A stretch of DNA of 52,645 bases, filler included, from Squatina squatina (taxonomy: Eukaryota), in NCBI GenBank assembly GCA_031763465.1. It is 4 parts of 4 records of this genome, joined end to end, with 100 filler letters (N's around TTAATTAATTAA, not from the genome) between each part and the next. Parts side by side here need not be neighbours in the genome. Positions count along the whole stretch, not along the records: positions 39,200 to 52,645 come from JARFOE010000232.1; 3 more parts are not named here. One strand, 5' to 3'. Numbering within the stretch: the first letter of the stretch is position 1; the number at the start of each line of letters is the position of its first letter. This document shows positions 49,920 through 52,645 of this stretch, one piece after another. The notes below the pieces were generated by a model. It was given only the letters and a program-made list of their open reading frames with translations. It had not been told where the DNA came from and made no database searches. The translations under genes were made by a program, and so were the position numbers.

Positions 49920-50058
49920 CAATGTCCACTTTAAGCTGTAGCTGGTGAACTGGCTTTTACATTGGAAAAAAAAACTGCGCATGCGCAGACTTTTGAACAG
50001 GCCACTCGGCCTGTTAAAGGGTCTGTGCAGCCCCCAAAAGAATTACAGGAAATCTTTA
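49920..50058. mobile_element. Short hAT-like MITE remnant
   Basis: Begins caatgtccactttaagctg and ends attacaggaaatc (decayed CAATGTTCCCTCTAA-type inverted ends); internal palindrome CTGCGCATGCGCAG. Confidence 0.4.
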
Positions 50059-50356
50059 ATAATGCTGTTGTACTTTCTTTACCTGACTTCAAAATGCACA
50101 CCTTTATGTTCTGAGCTGTTGCAGGTGGGGCTCGAACCTCCTTTAATTTCCTGTTCTTGCACTCTTTCCAAGGAAATTCTGGGAAAGCTTCATTGATATC
50201 TGTCACGAGAACAACAGTCTCCATGGCATCACATTTGAACAAATTAAGGCACAGCTGGAGGCACTGGAGTTGAAGAAGACTTATGTCCTTAATCCTCTAG
50301 CGCCAGAATTCATCCCAAGAGCGCTCCGACTTCAGCAGCCAGCAAATGCTAACAAA

Positions 50357-50377
50357 CAGCAGCAGCAGCAGCAGCAG
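50357..50377 (+). repeat. (CAG)7 microsatellite
   Basis: cagcagcagcagcagcagcag in non-coding sequence. Confidence 0.9.
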
Positions 50378-51023
50378 CCATCCCCTCCTAAGGTACAGCG
50401 ACAGGCTTTTTAATTCTTCTCCTTGGTGTGCACTCTTCATTTTGGACTAAAAATGTCATTTTTAAAAATGTCAGTGTTGTATTGATGCCCCTGGTCTGTG
50501 TCGGTGTATTTGAATTTCTAGTGACACTGACTGATTGATGCACTGTGCCACAAAGTGACAGTGCAGCGTCCCTCCACACCACGTGGTTTAACATCTGAGC
50601 CAGATTCTTCTATCCCCAGCCAGCCAAGAGGACGCTTTGAATGGTGATGATGCTTTCCCAGAGGCAACTGAAAGTGGAGGCCGAGTCAGCTCAACCATCT
50701 CCTAATGAATGGATCAAAAGGAGTTAGGGCATTTTTTATGGAAGCTTTGTCTAAGGATTGTAGGCTGTTTGTTTTTTGTTTTTAAAAAAACCTTATCTGG
50801 ACATTTCTTTGCCTGATGATGCAAGACTTGCAAACCTTTTCAACTTTTCACAATGGTTTCACCTTTTCAGTAAATGAAACAAAGCTCACGCGAAGAGGAT
50901 AAAGCACTAATCAGTCTGAAGTGNNNNNNNNNNNNNNNNNNNNNNNNNNNNNNNNNNNNNNNNNNNNNNNNNNNNNNNNNNNNNNNNNNNNNNNNNNNNN
51001 NNNNNNNNNNNNNNNNNNNNNNN

Positions 51024-51600
51024 GATTCAAGGGTGAGTTTTTGAATAAGGATGATTGGTTTTGAATGGGGTAGCACTGGTATCGGAGGGAAGGGAGCCAT
51101 TGACGATGTTGGCTACCACAAGGGCCAAGAGGGCTAGTTCAGTGATCAGAAGTGGAGTGGGAGGGGGGTCCACGGAGCAGAGAGTAGGTCTTCTGGAGGG
51201 ATAATTTTGAAAGGGGAGATGGAGGAGAAACTGGAAAGTGACAATAGCTCAGGACTTTGGGCAGTTGAGAGACAGTGGGAGGTTGTGGTCAGGGCAGGAG
51301 AGGAAATCGTGGAAGTAGCAGAGGCAGCTCTGTGGGTGGACTTAGTCTCAATGACTTAAAAAAAATCCATGAGCTCTTTGTACTTGAAAGTGGAAGACAA
51401 AGGGGTTTCAGGAGATGGTTTGCCATGGAGAGGAGCCGCCTCCGGTTGTCTATGCCTGCTGGGATGATCTTGGAATCAGAAGTATGTATCGTGAAGTACT
51501 GTTCTGAAGTGCAGTGGTCATTGTGGGAAAACACAGCTCTTTGTACACAGCAAGATCCCACAAACAATAGTGATGTGAATGACCAGACAATCTCTTTTTA
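51024..51600 (-). mobile_element. L2 LINE ORF2 fragment, decayed
   Basis: Minus strand gives DPLPTPLL...VANIVNGSL...PFK...KLTL, the pre-RT region of L2 ORF2; pyrimidine-rich coding strand. Confidence 0.65.
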
Positions 51601-52408
51601 GTGGTGTAGAGCGAGGGAGGAATGCCAAGACACTGGGAGAGCTCGCTGAGCAGACAGATGGGGTCTCATCCAGAGCGCAGCATGTCCTGTAATTCCATCA
51701 GTACTGTTGGCATAGATTAGAATCTCAAACTCCTGGTATGTGGCTTCAATCGACAAGCAGACTCGGACACTGCAAACTGATCTGAGCTTTTGTGCGAAAT
51801 ATAAATTCCGGCAGAAAAGTATAGACCCACAGGCGTTTAAGAAGAATGTTTGTTCCACAGGTTAGACCTTTGTTGCTGTTTGGTTTATGATATATGGGGC
51901 ATTAGGTCACCAATTGGGGGCTTTTTCAAAATATACTTTTTGTTACTTGTGTCTTGTATTAAGAAGTAGTCCTTTTTAAATGCCAAACCTAATTTATTTT
52001 TCTGCAGCTAAAGGCTGTTGATATGCCCTCTTCAATTATTCCAGCTTGACCCTGTTTTGATGTTGTTGTAAGTGAAATTGGTTGAGACAGATATAAAATT
52101 TTGTGCTTAAGTATTGCTCTTGGAAGAAAGCAGCAGGCCAAAGGATTTAATTCGTCAATTCCTGGTCTCGACTTATCTCCTCTTAGTTTGATTACATTGT
52201 GGATTTCTGAGATTGGTGGAAATCATGGAGTCATGTTGATCAGTTCATGCTCCAAAGATTGTTAACTTCAAAATTGTCTGGATTTCATAGGAATCTGTCA
52301 TAAGCAATGGTTGATGAATATTAGCTGTTGAGCACTATAATGTTCTGTTTGCATTACAGACCCTTCTCTACTTGAAGCCGTTGAAAAAATAACTCGCATT
52401 ATATAGCG

Positions 52409-52645
52409 CATGGGTTCTCAGCCGGGGCTCTGCAGCCCCCTAAGGGTCCGCGAGAAGGTTTCAAGGGGTTTGCCAGGAATAAACCTTACATGATAGCAAT
52501 GTTGCTCCCTGCTGTTAATCCGGGGATTCACAGCGGCGTGTCACTTCGCCTCTCGCGACAGGCAGCGCAGGCCGATCTATGAGTGACGATAAGAAACGGG
52601 ATTCTTCCCCAGGTTACAGGGGTCGCACTCTGAGTGAACTCCGCT
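52409..52645. mobile_element. hAT-Charlie-like DNA transposon end
   Basis: catgggttctcagccggggctctgcagccccctaagggtccgcg resembles CAGGGGTTCTCAACCTGGGG...CCCCTAGGGGTCCGCG termini; CpG-rich to the window end. Confidence 0.45.

Noticed and set aside
49976-49989. NRF1 palindrome CTGCGCATGCGCAG as a promoter
   Set aside because: It lies inside a probable MITE remnant in an intron, with no CpG island or first exon nearby.
50813-50835. Hammerhead-like CTGATGA-hairpin-AAAC
   Set aside because: It lacks the invariant G of GAAA, and I could find no stems I or III.

Overview
Vertebrate genomic DNA, very probably from a cartilaginous fish (inferred from shark-type CR1/L2 LINEs, tRNA-derived SINEs and protein divergence), in a fragmented draft assembly. 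The window is not one locus. Three artificial 100-nt linkers (N44-TTAATTAATTAA-N44 at 12589-12688, 25666-25765, 39100-39199) join four unrelated scaffolds of about 13 kb, each stitched from short contigs by N gaps. Scaffold 1 (minus strand) holds the 3' end of PPM1B (a 58-nt exon and two alternative terminal exons) followed by SLC3A1/rBAT exons 1 and 5. Scaffold 2 holds one kinase-domain exon of a MYLK2/3/4-type myosin light chain kinase. Scaffold 3 is the most interesting: a divergent LRP-family receptor (YWTD-EGF-LDLa exons), a complete claudin-23-like CDS, MBOAT4/GOAT fragments with an apparent extra intron, and a two-exon gene encoding a signal peptide plus a TGF-beta/BMP-type prodomain that I cannot assign to a known mammalian ligand. 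Scaffold 4 holds four consecutive helicase-domain exons of HELZ. The remainder is intron, UTR and decayed transposons. I saw no prokaryote-type systems (CRISPR, operons, rRNA or true tRNA genes). Homology calls rest on recalled sequences, not on searches.
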